Shown: one piece after another, positions 1-8,876 of the stretch
Numbering within the stretch: position 1 is the stretch's first letter
Layout of the letters: each line of letters begins with the position of its first letter
From: a virus
Lineage: Duplodnaviria; Caudoviricetes
Length of the DNA stretch: 60,193 bases
Reading direction: 5' to 3' (one strand)
Virus record (IMG/VR): IMGVR_UViG_3300012201_000003
Coordinates: 1 to 60,193 of that record
Position numbers and translations under genes: made by a program
Notes under the pieces: model-generated
The model's database searches: none
The model's input: the letters and a program-made list of their open reading frames with translations, nothing else
What the model was told of the DNA's origin: nothing

Positions 1-2
1 CC

Positions 3-764
3 GCGCTCGCCGAGATCGCCGCGCGATTCAGCGCGGTCAACTGGCAAGCCGCATGGGACGCCGCCCCCGGCGAGATCCAGTGGCTTATCGAGCCGCTGAT
101 CGAGGCCGGGCAGTCCGTCGCCCTGTACGCCGTCCCCGGCACCGGCAAGTCGCTGATCGCCCTCGAATGCGCGGCGGCGCTGGCCGCCGGCCGGCCCGTG
201 CTCGGCAACCCTGCCCGTGACCCGGTCACGGTCGTCTACATCGACGTGGAGAACCGGCAGCCGAGCCTGGTCGAGCGGCTCCAGGCGTTCGGCTACCAGC
301 CCGCCGACCTGGACCGGCTGATCCTGTACTCGTTCCCGTCGATCGCCGCGCTCGACACCCCGGCGGGCGGCCAGCAGATCCTCGCCCTCGCGGTCACGGC
401 CCACGCTGCCATCGTCATCATCGACACCACGTCCCGGGTGGTCGCCGGGCCGGAGAACGACGCTGACACCTACCTCGCGTTCTACCGGCACACCGTGGTG
501 CCGCTGCGCGCCCGGGGCTGCGCTGCTGCGGGCCTGGACATCCCTGCCCTCGCCGCCCCAATGGGAAGTCCGCCTAACCATCCTAGCGTGAGGCTGCCCG
601 CCGGACCGATGCGCCCGCCCGCACCGGCAGCCGCCACCTCGACCCCGCCGGCAGGACGCCGCCGCCCAGCGACGGCATCACCAGCCGGGCCAGCATCTCC
701 CCCGCCAGCGGCGACCGGGCCGCGCCCCGGGGCTTGCCCGCCCACTGATGTCTCGGCCGGGTGA
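3..764 (+). pseudogene. AAA_25/RepA-like helicase, open at window edge; homology appears to end near 540
   Basis: Frame 3 reads WLIEPLIEAGQSVALYAVPGTGKS (Walker A), VVYIDVEN, IVIIDT. After LRARGCAAAGLD it becomes Pro/Ala-rich junk where an LDHxGK-type motif is expected. Confidence 0.7.
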
Positions 765-847
765 ACCGGCCGCCGTTCAGCTCACGCGGCCTTTGGGTGT
801 TCGACACGGCTACGATGATGGCACAACCGTCCTGGAGAGGACCCGCC

Positions 848-1093
848 ATGAGATACGCCGCCGTTCTGCTCGCCGCCCTGGCCATCGCCCTGACCGGGTG
901 CGGGTCCGGCAGGTCGCACGCCGAGCAGGTCAAGACCTGCGACCAGTACCTGTCCGCCAGGTTCAGGCACTACATGAAGGACCCGTCCGGCACGCCGCCG
1001 CTGAGGCACCGGCCCGCCCAGTGCGACGGCGTGACCGGCGCCGAGCTGAAGCGCATCGTCGGCCGGATCCTCGCCCGCCAGCTCAACGGCTAG
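848..1093 (+). CDS. small lipoprotein
   Basis: Hydrophobic signal with lipobox LTG-C; CCTGGAGAGG upstream of the ATG. Confidence 0.7.
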   Translation: MRYAAVLLAALAIALTGCGSGRSHAEQVKTCDQYLSARFRHYMKDPSGTPPLRHRPAQCDGVTGAELKRIVGRILARQLNG

Positions 1094-1449
1094 CTGGACC
1101 GCACCTGGTCATACAGCGTCGCTGTGGCAGACGCGTCGGCGTCGGCCGGCAAGTCGGACGACCCTGCGGCGAACACCCCGCCGAACCACTCCCACTTGTC
1201 GTCGAAGCCGGCGGTGAACGTCGGGGCAGGCTCACCTGCCTCGATGATCTTCCAGAACGCGCTGCTCGCCGCCTGATTCCAGCCCGGCGGGCCGGTGACG
1301 AGCAGCGGGTGCCTGAACACGATCACGGCGAGGTCGCCGACGGTCATCTGGCGCGGCGGCTTCCATGGCTTGCCGCCGAGCGGGATCGTTATCGACATGC
1401 GCGGCATGACAGATCCGCCATTCAGCTCGCGGGCCATAGTCCACGCCAT
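1090..1449 (-). CDS. hypothetical phage protein
   Basis: Protein-like composition, RBS-like GGAGG, converges on the lipoprotein gene. Confidence 0.55.
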   Translation of the reverse strand: MAWTMARELNGGSVMPRMSITIPLGGKPWKPPRQMTVGDLAVIVFRHPLLVTGPPGWNQAASSAFWKIIEAGEPAPTFTAGFDDKWEWFGGVFAAGSSDLPADADASATATLYDQVRSS

Positions 1450-1465
1450 CAGCTTGCCTCCGTAG

Positions 1466-2005
1466 TCAGTCGCCCGTGCCCGCCCGGGCCCGCCAGTCCG
1501 CCGCCGGCTCGAAGTCCAGGCCCGCCGAGCGGGCGCACTCCCGGTCCTCGGGTCGGTCGCCGACGAACAGGCCCAGGTACGGCGGATAGACCTCGCCGGG
1601 GAAACGCCGGCCCAGGGCGTGCGCGGCCTCCGCCACCGCGCCGGCTGACGGCTTGCGGCACCAGCACCGCGCCGCCGTCGGGTCAGCCGCATCCGGGTGG
1701 TGGCGGCACCAGGACATCAGGTCGAACAGGCAGGCGCACTGCCGCTGCGTCTCCGCCATCGCCTCGGCGACCATGGCCGGGCTCACGTAGCCGAGCGCGA
1801 TGCCGCCCTGGTTGGACACGCCGACAACCCGGCCGCCGCCGGCCTTCCACCGCCGCATCATGGTCACGGCCTCGGGGAACACGGCGACGTCCTGCGGGCC
1901 GTTGACGAACCGGCCGAGCGCGTCGTCCTTGCCCTGCCGCACCGTGCCGTCCAGGTCCAGGTACAGCACCGGCACGACCCTGCGCGGCGCCGTCATCGTC
2001 GTCAC
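1466..2005 (-). CDS. HAD-IIIA hydrolase (GmhB/histidinol-phosphatase-like)
   Basis: DLDGT, VSNQGG, CxHHP...CxCRKP and FVGD motifs. Confidence 0.9.
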   Translation of the reverse strand: MTTMTAPRRVVPVLYLDLDGTVRQGKDDALGRFVNGPQDVAVFPEAVTMMRRWKAGGGRVVGVSNQGGIALGYVSPAMVAEAMAETQRQCACLFDLMSWCRHHPDAADPTAARCWCRKPSAGAVAEAAHALGRRFPGEVYPPYLGLFVGDRPEDRECARSAGLDFEPAADWRARAGTGD

Positions 2006-2014
2006 CTAACCGTT

Positions 2015-2206
2015 CTAGTCGGGATGCGAGTCAGTGATGGCATCCTCGTACGTGATCGCCCAGAACTCGCGGAGCTGCGTCCTGGTGAGCTTGAACGCCT
2101 CGTCGTGGGTGAACCCGGCCGCCTCGTAGTCGGCCATCACCTCATGCCAGGTAATCGCGTTCAGCCGTCCCGGCCCCACCGGGTCGAGCGGCGCACCACA
2201 GCTCAT
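2015..2206 (-). CDS. hypothetical protein
   Basis: Overlapping start/stop with the neighbouring gene; plausible composition. Confidence 0.45.
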   Translation of the reverse strand: MSCGAPLDPVGPGRLNAITWHEVMADYEAAGFTHDEAFKLTRTQLREFWAITYEDAITDSHPD

Positions 2207-2445
2207 TCGCCACCTGCTCCTTTCAGCCGCCCGGCCAGGGCCTCAGCCTCGGCCAGCGAGTACAGCGCCCGCCCCCGGCGGTCGGTGCCCATCCTGCGCA
2301 GCAGCCCGCGGTGCGCCCACGACCGCACCGTCGCCTCCTTACGGCCCGTCATGAAAGCGACCGCGCCGGTGTCAGCGAGGACCGCGAACTCTTCAGCAGG
2401 CGACCCAGATGCATCCACTGTCCCATCGTCCACGTCGCCTGACAT
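2203..2445 (-). CDS. MerR/excisionase-like HTH protein
   Basis: TGRKEATVRSWAHRGLLRRMGTDRRGRALY pattern. Confidence 0.7.
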   Translation of the reverse strand: MSGDVDDGTVDASGSPAEEFAVLADTGAVAFMTGRKEATVRSWAHRGLLRRMGTDRRGRALYSLAEAEALAGRLKGAGGE

Positions 2446-2981
2446 TGGCCGCAGGATATGACGCCGGCGTGCTGCCACACCACCACCACCATGTTGTCGC
2501 GCAGCCGCAGGAAGCCCTCCGACCCGACCACCACCAGCGGCTCCTGACCGCCGCACGCCGGGCAGCCGTACCGCAGCGGGATGTCCGGGGTCCGCAGCCC
2601 CAGCGCGCCCTTGCACTGCGACGTCCACCGGCCCACGTCGCCCGCCAGCCGCTGCTCCGCCCCCACCAGGCCGAGCTGGTGCAGCCGGCCGCCGAGCCGG
2701 GGCAGCGCGATCAGGCACTGCGCCACGCCGCGCTTGCCGTGCCGCTCGCGTACCAGGTCGCAGCACCGCGCCCAGACGTCCGGTATCTCCCGCGACAGCG
2801 TGACCATCGCCTGGAGAACGTCGCCGTTGACGACGCCGCCGGTTGACAGGACGACCTTCTGCGGCTCGCCGCCGCCGCCACTGTCGCGGGCGAGGGCCTG
2901 GGCCAGGGCGGGGAACATCAGCTCCAGTTCCTCGACCTGCGCGGGAATCGTGACCGACGGCTCCCCCTTCACCCGCACCAT
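2349..2981 (-). CDS. phage protein with C-terminal zinc ribbon
   Basis: CPAC...CGQC pairs; adjacent to the HTH gene. Confidence 0.65.
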   Translation of the reverse strand: MVRVKGEPSVTIPAQVEELELMFPALAQALARDSGGGGEPQKVVLSTGGVVNGDVLQAMVTLSREIPDVWARCCDLVRERHGKRGVAQCLIALPRLGGRLHQLGLVGAEQRLAGDVGRWTSQCKGALGLRTPDIPLRYGCPACGGQEPLVVVGSEGFLRLRDNMVVVVWQHAGVISCGQCQATWTMGQWMHLGRLLKSSRSSLTPARSLS

Positions 2982-3007
2982 GATGCCAGGCCCCGGGCCA
3001 GGGAACG

Positions 3008-3040
3008 ACCCCCCCGGCTTATCCCATGCCGGAGGGGCCT
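3008..3040 (-). terminator. GC-rich hairpin closing the putative ncRNA
   Basis: Minus strand CCCCTCCGGC-ATGGGATAA-GCCGGGGGGG. Confidence 0.55.
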
Positions 3041-3124
3041 GCGCGGTTGCACCGGTCCTCGTTTAGCAGACGGGTGGTGCGTTCCCGATGCGGTCGCCGC
3101 GTGCGGTCGCGGCCAGGTTCAACA

Positions 3125-3203
3125 AGTGACCGACGCTCTGCCACTGAGCTATGGCCCCACGTGGAGGGGCCAACGGGGGTCGAACCCGTGACTTCCGGCA
3201 CTA
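3125..3203 (-). ncRNA. circularly permuted tRNA-like module (YrlA/Y-RNA-like) within a longer RNA of about 3010-3340
   Basis: T arm ACGGG-TTCGACC-CCCGT and acceptor strand TGGCCCC-T-CCA come first, then a 3-nt linker, then GGGGCCA-TA-GCTC-AGTGGCA-GAGC (acceptor 5' strand and D arm). Confidence 0.85.
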
Positions 3204-3355
3204 CTGGCGCGGTTGCGCGAGACAACAGCAGCTCTGACGATGATCTTAGAGCGATACGGTGACCGGGACGAGAAGGCGCGCGGGGCCCTTGCGGGCAGCA
3301 TCACCGGCTGGCGACGCGGACGAGGATCTTGCGCTCGCCAGCAAGCCTAGCAGCC

Positions 3356-4099
3356 CTAGCTGTGCAGCCCGTCGAACAGGTAGCGAGCCACCGGGTCGGC
3401 CACCATCGTCTCTACCCCGGCCGAGTTCGCTTCCTCCCGGGCCGACCGGCACGCGTCGACGAGCCGCTGAATGCGGTCCGCCAGGGCCTGCACCCGGTCG
3501 AACGTGAACGCGCCCGAGAGCTGCGTCTGCGTCCAGTCGCCGACTGGCACCTCCCGCTCGTACGTCTTGACCTGGGCGGGGTGCTCCGGCGTCGCCGGGT
3601 ACAGCACGACCGGCTCCGGGACGCGGTCGTTGCGGGCCCGCTTCGACGGCATCCCCGCGTACAGGCCCCGCCGGTCCGTCAGCCCCCACCGTTCCTTCGG
3701 GTCCAGGACCGGCATCTTGCGGACGAACACCGCCAGCTCGGCGAGCTGGGCTTCGAGGAACAGCAGGTACGACGTCGGCACGCCGCCCAGCAGGGTGTCC
3801 CCGTCGACCACCAGGTCGGCCACGGCGTCCTGGTTGGCGGTGTCCTTGGTCAGCACCAGGCTGAACATGCGGGCCAGCACCTCGGCGAGCCGGTCCATGA
3901 CCTCCTCGCCGATGACCTGCACCAGCTTGTTCTCATCCGGGTACTGCTCGCCGTCGTCGGCTCGCGGCGCGTAGACCCGGGTCTGCCCGTTGATGGCCGG
4001 GCTGGCGAGCATCTGGGCCGCGCTGTCGAGCGCGGTCTTGGCGTTCTTGCGGGCGCCCTGCTCCAGGGCGATGATCTGGTTCAGCCGTGTCATCGGCAT
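3356..4099 (-). CDS. conserved helical/coiled-coil protein (MTxLNQIIAxE family)
   Basis: RLNQIIALEQG, VPTSYLLFLE, ATPEHPAQV and AREEAN motifs, recognised from actinobacterial and phage proteins. Confidence 0.8.
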   Translation of the reverse strand: MPMTRLNQIIALEQGARKNAKTALDSAAQMLASPAINGQTRVYAPRADDGEQYPDENKLVQVIGEEVMDRLAEVLARMFSLVLTKDTANQDAVADLVVDGDTLLGGVPTSYLLFLEAQLAELAVFVRKMPVLDPKERWGLTDRRGLYAGMPSKRARNDRVPEPVVLYPATPEHPAQVKTYEREVPVGDWTQTQLSGAFTFDRVQALADRIQRLVDACRSAREEANSAGVETMVADPVARYLFDGLHS

Positions 4100-4162
4100 T
4101 TCCTTCCCCTATGCGGCGGTGCTGGCTACGGTGCCAGGGCCGACGGTGATGCTCAAGCGGAT

Positions 4163-4474
4163 TTAGGGCATCGGGTTCACCGGGAGCCGGGCCAGCCGCC
4201 GGTACTTCTCCTCCGTGCTGTGACCGTCCCAGTGGTCCGCGCGCAGTTCCAGGTGCGCGAACCAGCCGAGTTCGCAGTCGCGGATATGCCATGTCGCCTG
4301 CCCCGCCGGCAAGTGGACGCAGACGATGTTGCGCCACTCATCATCCCACCCGTCGCCTTCGTGGCGGGCGAGGTGCGACGGGTAGAGCTTGGCAAGCGCG
4401 GCGACAAGACGGTCCCGCTCGTGGTAGGCGACGTCCTTCTGGGACCGTTCGTAGTCAGCGTCGGCGCAGCTCAT
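4163..4474 (-). CDS. WDGH-motif phage protein
   Basis: YHERDRLVAAL, LPAGQATWH, WDGHSTEEKY. Confidence 0.75.
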   Translation of the reverse strand: MSCADADYERSQKDVAYHERDRLVAALAKLYPSHLARHEGDGWDDEWRNIVCVHLPAGQATWHIRDCELGWFAHLELRADHWDGHSTEEKYRRLARLPVNPMP

Positions 4475-5040
4475 GGTTCCCTCCAGCGCACCAGCGGCGT
4501 CTTGCCGGGCAGGTACAGCGGGTGACGCGGGTCACCGGCCCTAGTCGTGCCCCAGCACCACAGCGGCTGGCCGGCCAGGTCACCGGCCAGCCGGCCGGCC
4601 AGCCGGCCGACCCGGGGCACCGACCCGTACGCGCCCCACGCCGCGACCACCGGCACGCCCGGCAGGACCCCGCCGATCACGCGGCGCACCACCCGGGCGT
4701 TCGCCTCGCCCTCCGCGTCCGGCTGCCGCAGCAGCTTGGCCGGCGAGCGGGTGCGGTAGCCGAACAGGTTAACCACGACCATGCCGCCGTGACCGTCGCG
4801 GCGCAGCAGCGACCGGACCTTGCGGACCGTCGCGTCGTCGGTGTCCGCGTCAGCGGTCGACGGGTTCAGCATGATCACCACCGGGCACAGGTGCAGGGTC
4901 GTGTCCGCCCACTTGCGGGTCAGGGCGTACCGGCAGGCCAGGTCCGCGCTGAACACCGCCGACCCTTCCTCGCCGCTGCGCGTCAGGCCGGCCGCGACCA
5001 CCACGTCCGTCTCGCCGAAGGCCCGCACCTCGATGCCCAT
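4471..5040 (-). CDS. DUF1643 family protein
   Basis: RYALTRKW, IMLNPSTAD, DDATV, VNLF, AAWG, PRHPLY. Confidence 0.85.
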   Translation of the reverse strand: MGIEVRAFGETDVVVAAGLTRSGEEGSAVFSADLACRYALTRKWADTTLHLCPVVIMLNPSTADADTDDATVRKVRSLLRRDGHGGMVVVNLFGYRTRSPAKLLRQPDAEGEANARVVRRVIGGVLPGVPVVAAWGAYGSVPRVGRLAGRLAGDLAGQPLWCWGTTRAGDPRHPLYLPGKTPLVRWREP

Positions 5041-5077
5041 CAGAACGGCAGCCCCGGCCCGATCGTGGCGCCGCAGG

Positions 5078-5632
5078 TCAGGCACAAGTCGCCACTCCGC
5101 TCCGACTCAAGATGCTTGCATGCCCCCGCGACCAGCCGGGCCGGCATGCCGAGTGCGGGCACCTCAACCCAGTGTACCGAGGTCGGCGGAACTCGGCGCG
5201 GTTAGTGACCCGCCGCACCACCTCTGCCCGCTCCTCGGTAATGCGCCAGTCCGCGCTGAGGCCCTCGTGCTCAGCGATCAGGGCGTCAATGGCCGCCGGG
5301 TCGCCGTCGCCGATAGTGTCGAGCTCGGCTCGGATCTGAGCCATCCGGCCCGCCGGATCCCCGGTGACCTTCGGCGCCGCCGCCAACGCACGCTGCGCCC
5401 AGTCGGCCTCGGCCTTGCGCTCGGCCTCGGCCCGCAGCTCGGCGACCGAGCAGCGGAACACGTCCCGCTCCAGCTCGGCCACCCGCCGCACCTGCAACCG
5501 GTTCTCGGCCGCCTGGTGCTCACCCAGCACCCGCGCCAGGTTCTTGTGCGGCCAGGCCGGCTCGCACCACAGTTCCCGGTAGCAGACGAACAGGGCCAGC
5601 AGGCCCGCCACCACGATCACCGCCATGCTCAT
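5078..5632 (-). CDS. membrane-anchored hypothetical protein (3' end possibly frameshifted)
   Basis: N-terminal TM segment and coiled coil. Confidence 0.5.
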   Translation of the reverse strand: MSMAVIVVAGLLALFVCYRELWCEPAWPHKNLARVLGEHQAAENRLQVRRVAELERDVFRCSVAELRAEAERKAEADWAQRALAAAPKVTGDPAGRMAQIRAELDTIGDGDPAAIDALIAEHEGLSADWRITEERAEVVRRVTNRAEFRRPRYTGLRCPHSACRPGWSRGHASILSRSGVATCA

Positions 5633-6363
5633 AGTCCCGCCTCCGGCGTCCAGGACGGATGCTGGTTCGCTTGCCGCCAGAACCCGGGCTCGTCCCCTCG
5701 GACCATGAGCAGGTGCGCGATCACGTCGTCGGTCGGCGTCATGCATCCCGCCCAGGTGTCCCGGTAGAAGCCCACCGGGTGCAGGCACAGCACAGCCAGG
5801 CACCGCATCGAGTCGATCTGCGGATCGGTGTTCCGGGGGGTCAGTGCCACGGTGGGCCGCAGCTTGCGGAACAGGTAGGTGACCCGGCTGCGCCGGCTCG
5901 TCTCCAGGAAGGTGCCGGTCAGCATGTACTGGCGGGCCTGGTGCGCGGTGAGCAGCCCGGCGAGCTTAGTCAGCGCGTTCGCCTCGGCGTCCAGCGTCCA
6001 GGCGGCCGACGCGCCGATGGTCTGCAACGCGAATTTCAGCCGGGTCATGCTGGCCGCGACCGGCTCGGTGACTGCCCGCGTGCGGCCGGTGGCCAGGTCG
6101 CGCAGCAGGTAAACCCACACGTGCCGCGAGTACGAGAACCACCTGTTAACCACGGCTAGCTGGCCCTCATCGATGTTGTGGCAGGCCCGGCCATCCGGTT
6201 CGGGCGGATACAGAATCTGCTCGCTCAGCGCGACCTTGGCGGCCAGCGGATGGTCCTTGCAGAGCTGCAGGCGCAGTTCCGGCACGGGAACGGGCACGCC
6301 CTGCCATTCGCCGATCCGGTCAGCGTAGGCGTCCATGATCGCCCGGACCTGGCCGTTACCCAC
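5629..6363 (-). CDS. conserved phage protein with LCLHP motif, partner of the GG-tailed protein
   Basis: LLTAHQ, LCLHP, DDVIAHLLM and EPGFWRQAN blocks; overlaps the upstream gene. Confidence 0.75.
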   Translation of the reverse strand: MGNGQVRAIMDAYADRIGEWQGVPVPVPELRLQLCKDHPLAAKVALSEQILYPPEPDGRACHNIDEGQLAVVNRWFSYSRHVWVYLLRDLATGRTRAVTEPVAASMTRLKFALQTIGASAAWTLDAEANALTKLAGLLTAHQARQYMLTGTFLETSRRSRVTYLFRKLRPTVALTPRNTDPQIDSMRCLAVLCLHPVGFYRDTWAGCMTPTDDVIAHLLMVRGDEPGFWRQANQHPSWTPEAGL

Positions 6364-6757
6364 CGGCTGTCCGCCCGATCGCTGTCGCCCTGCTGCCCGC
6401 GACAGGCACGGTGCGCGGCTTGCGCTGGCGTTTCGGGCCGGGCTCGGGTGTCCCCGGTTGCGGCTCGGCGGCAGGTGTCACGTCGGGGGTATCGACCACC
6501 ACGTAAGCCATCGCGTCGGGCAGGAACCTGGTCACCTTGAGCGGCCCGTCGTCCGTCTCCACGAACAGGGTGTAGCCCTTCCGCAGCATCTCCTCGATCA
6601 GCCGCTGGGCGTCGGCGCGGTCCTTGTTGCTGTCGCCGACCGCGATCTTCAGATCGCCCTTGCCGACGCTGAGCACTTCCAGCATGCCGGGAGACCGCAC
6701 CTCGAATCTCGCGGTGCGCCGCCGCCGCTGCTGCTTGAGTCTGCTTTGCCGTCCCAT
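6356..6757 (-). CDS. protein with C-terminal di-glycine (possible ubiquitin-like modifier)
   Basis: GDLKI...EMLRKGYTLFV core; ends RATAIGRTAGG-stop. Confidence 0.7.
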   Translation of the reverse strand: MGRQSRLKQQRRRRTARFEVRSPGMLEVLSVGKGDLKIAVGDSNKDRADAQRLIEEMLRKGYTLFVETDDGPLKVTRFLPDAMAYVVVDTPDVTPAAEPQPGTPEPGPKRQRKPRTVPVAGSRATAIGRTAGG

Positions 6758-6772
6758 CAGGGCGTCCTTTCA

Positions 6773-6991
6773 TCAGCGGCCACGGATCACCTCGTCACCC
6801 GGGCGGGCGGGCGGCCGGGCCGGGTACGCCATCACGGCGGCGAGCATCAGCGCGAACGCCAGCAGGTAGCCGACCATCGCCGCGTTCTCCGCCGGGATCC
6901 CCGCCTGCGCGAGGACCAGTGACAGGGCCGTGCCGTCCAGCACCACCGCAGGCCCAGCGACGACTGCGTACCGCAGCGCCCGCCAGTCCAC
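6773..6991 (-). CDS. small two-TM membrane protein
   Basis: Two hydrophobic segments. Confidence 0.5.
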   Translation of the reverse strand: MDWRALRYAVVAGPAVVLDGTALSLVLAQAGIPAENAAMVGYLLAFALMLAAVMAYPARPPARPGDEVIRGR

Positions 6992-6992
6992 G

Positions 6993-7310
6993 TCAGTGCG
7001 CCGCGTCGTACGCGGCAACGACATCGCCCGGGATGCGGCCCCGGTCGCGCACGGCGTGGCCTCCGTCCTGCGCCCACGTGCGGATGGCGGCACCCCGCCG
7101 CCGCGCCGCTGTCGACCGGCGCGGCGGCGGGGGCGCGGCCCGGCGGGCGAACCCTGCCAGGTATCGCAGCAGGCCGGCCAGCTCGTCCTCGTGTGACTTG
7201 CACAGGTCAACGGCCTGCGCGTGGCCGTCCCAGGTGAACGCGACCTCGCGGGCATCGTCATTGTCGCCGGGCATGTCGCACGTAACGGTGACCGTGACCT
7301 TCTCAGCCAT
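6993..7310 (-). CDS. lsr2: Lsr2 nucleoid-associated protein
   Basis: MAEKVTV...DL...IRTWA...VRDRGRIP...YDAAH. Confidence 0.9.
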   Translation of the reverse strand: MAEKVTVTVTCDMPGDNDDAREVAFTWDGHAQAVDLCKSHEDELAGLLRYLAGFARRAAPPPPRRSTAARRRGAAIRTWAQDGGHAVRDRGRIPGDVVAAYDAAH

Positions 7311-7347
7311 TGTGCCGTCCATTCTCCAGGGTGCCTGAGTCTATATG

Positions 7348-7926
7348 CTAGCGTCTGCTCGCGGCCAGCCGCACAAGCAAGACAACAGCTCCGCCGCAGG
7401 CCAGGACGGCTGCCGGGCGGACCAGCCACCATTCAGCGGTGTGCCGGCGCCGGTTCGACCCTTGCACCTTGACTGGCCGCAGCCCCGTTCGGACGCGCAG
7501 GCCAGGCGGCAGCAGGTGCCACTTCGTCAGGTCCGGCCACAGCACCGGGCAGCCCTCCTCGGTGGCCAGGTCGGCGGCGACGTGCGCCACCCATCCGCAG
7601 ATCGCGGCCAGGGCCAGCCACGGCGGCCAGCCGGTCACGCCGACCAGCACCAGGACGGCGGCGGAGAAGATGACGGCGCCGAGCGCGGAGTGGGTGACCC
7701 GGCGGTGCCCGCCGCAGGACTTGCGGATCGCCCACGACACGACGCTGGTGACCGGCGGCAGGGCGCGGGACGCCTCGGAGCCCTTGAGGTCGATGTCGGG
7801 GGCGAGGGCGAGCGCGGCGGAGATCCCGGTGCCGGCGGCGACGGGCAGCAGGTGCGGGTGGCCGGCGGCGGCGGAGCCCGCCAGCCACCACGACGCGCCG
7901 ATCAGCGCGTGTGTCGGGGCCATCAT
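7348..7926 (-). CDS. YdjM-like metal-dependent membrane hydrolase
   Basis: TH, PDID, GHRRVTHS, HVAADLATEEG, LWP motifs. Confidence 0.85.
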   Translation of the reverse strand: MMAPTHALIGASWWLAGSAAAGHPHLLPVAAGTGISAALALAPDIDLKGSEASRALPPVTSVVSWAIRKSCGGHRRVTHSALGAVIFSAAVLVLVGVTGWPPWLALAAICGWVAHVAADLATEEGCPVLWPDLTKWHLLPPGLRVRTGLRPVKVQGSNRRRHTAEWWLVRPAAVLACGGAVVLLVRLAASRR

Positions 7927-8342
7927 GATGATCTCCTCGCTCTAGCCTGGTCGATGGCGTCGTACAGGTACTGGTTGCGCGGCGTCAGTTCCTTGATCAC
8001 GTCGATCAGGTCGTCCTGCGTCACGCCGTCCTGGTTCTTCCACGCGGCCCACAGCCCGAGGAACGCCTCGGCGCTCCCGCTGGCGAGCACGGTCGCGGCC
8101 TGCCTGCGGAACGCGGCGAGCAGGCCGGGCCGCTCATCCCAGCCCGAGGCGAGGGCGGCTTCGGCGAAGTCGAACGGCTCCGCCCACTCGGCGTCCGGGA
8201 AGTCCCGCCGGATCTTCGCCTCGACGTCCTCCAGCCGGCCCTGGTAGTCGGGGACCTGCTCCCCGGCCGCGTTGACCGCCATGACCATGCCGTTGTTGGA
8301 GAACGTCCACACCCGTACCACGGCGCTCACGGGGCGGGCCAC
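7923..8342 (-). CDS. hypothetical protein
   Basis: Coupled ORF with globular composition. Confidence 0.55.
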   Translation of the reverse strand: MARPVSAVVRVWTFSNNGMVMAVNAAGEQVPDYQGRLEDVEAKIRRDFPDAEWAEPFDFAEAALASGWDERPGLLAAFRRQAATVLASGSAEAFLGLWAAWKNQDGVTQDDLIDVIKELTPRNQYLYDAIDQARARRSS

Positions 8343-8597
8343 GGCAGGGTAACGTCGACGCGCAGCGCCGACCGGGCGGGCAGCCGGTCCGCGCGCAGCA
8401 CATCCCCCGGGCCCATCAGCATCCCGTCGCGGGGAATGATCACGTAGGCGGTCATGCCGTCCTCCGGTTCCGGGTCAGCTAGCCACTCGCACTGCGTGAC
8501 CGTGCCGTCGCGGCGCTCGATGCGGACGTTGAGCAGGCCGGGCTCTGGCTCGGCCGGCGGCCCGGGACGGAACCATCTCACGGCGGCGGCCCCCTTC

Positions 8598-8876
8598 CTA
8601 GCGTGATAGCTGGCGGGCGCGACTCCGCTGGAACACGCGCACCCCCAGCCGGACATGGCCCTTGGCGCCGTGGCAGCACCAGCAGTCACCGTAGGCGTAC
8701 TTCCAGAACCGGCCCCGGTTCGCCCCCGACCCGCCGCACGGCCGGCACGGGCGCATCGGCCGCCGGCGCAGGCTGTACGCGTAGGCGACGGCGATCACCA
8801 GGCCCGCCACGGCGGCCAGGCCAGGTTCGGTGCGGGCCACGATGATGCTGCCCGCGACCATGACCAGGTACTTCAC
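8598..8876 (-). CDS. membrane protein with DnaJ-type zinc finger
   Basis: Two TM segments, then CRPCGGSG...CWCCHG. Confidence 0.65.
   Translation of the reverse strand: MKYLVMVAGSIIVARTEPGLAAVAGLVIAVAYAYSLRRRPMRPCRPCGGSGANRGRFWKYAYGDCWCCHGAKGHVRLGVRVFQRSRARQLSR

Noticed and set aside
3125-3203. Canonical tRNA gene, or attL/attR tRNA halves
   Set aside because: The halves are in reversed order, 3 nt apart, with no anticodon loop and no integrase nearby.
3010-3340. Two-piece tmRNA
   Set aside because: No G3-U70 pair, a full D arm is present, and no tag ORF is evident.
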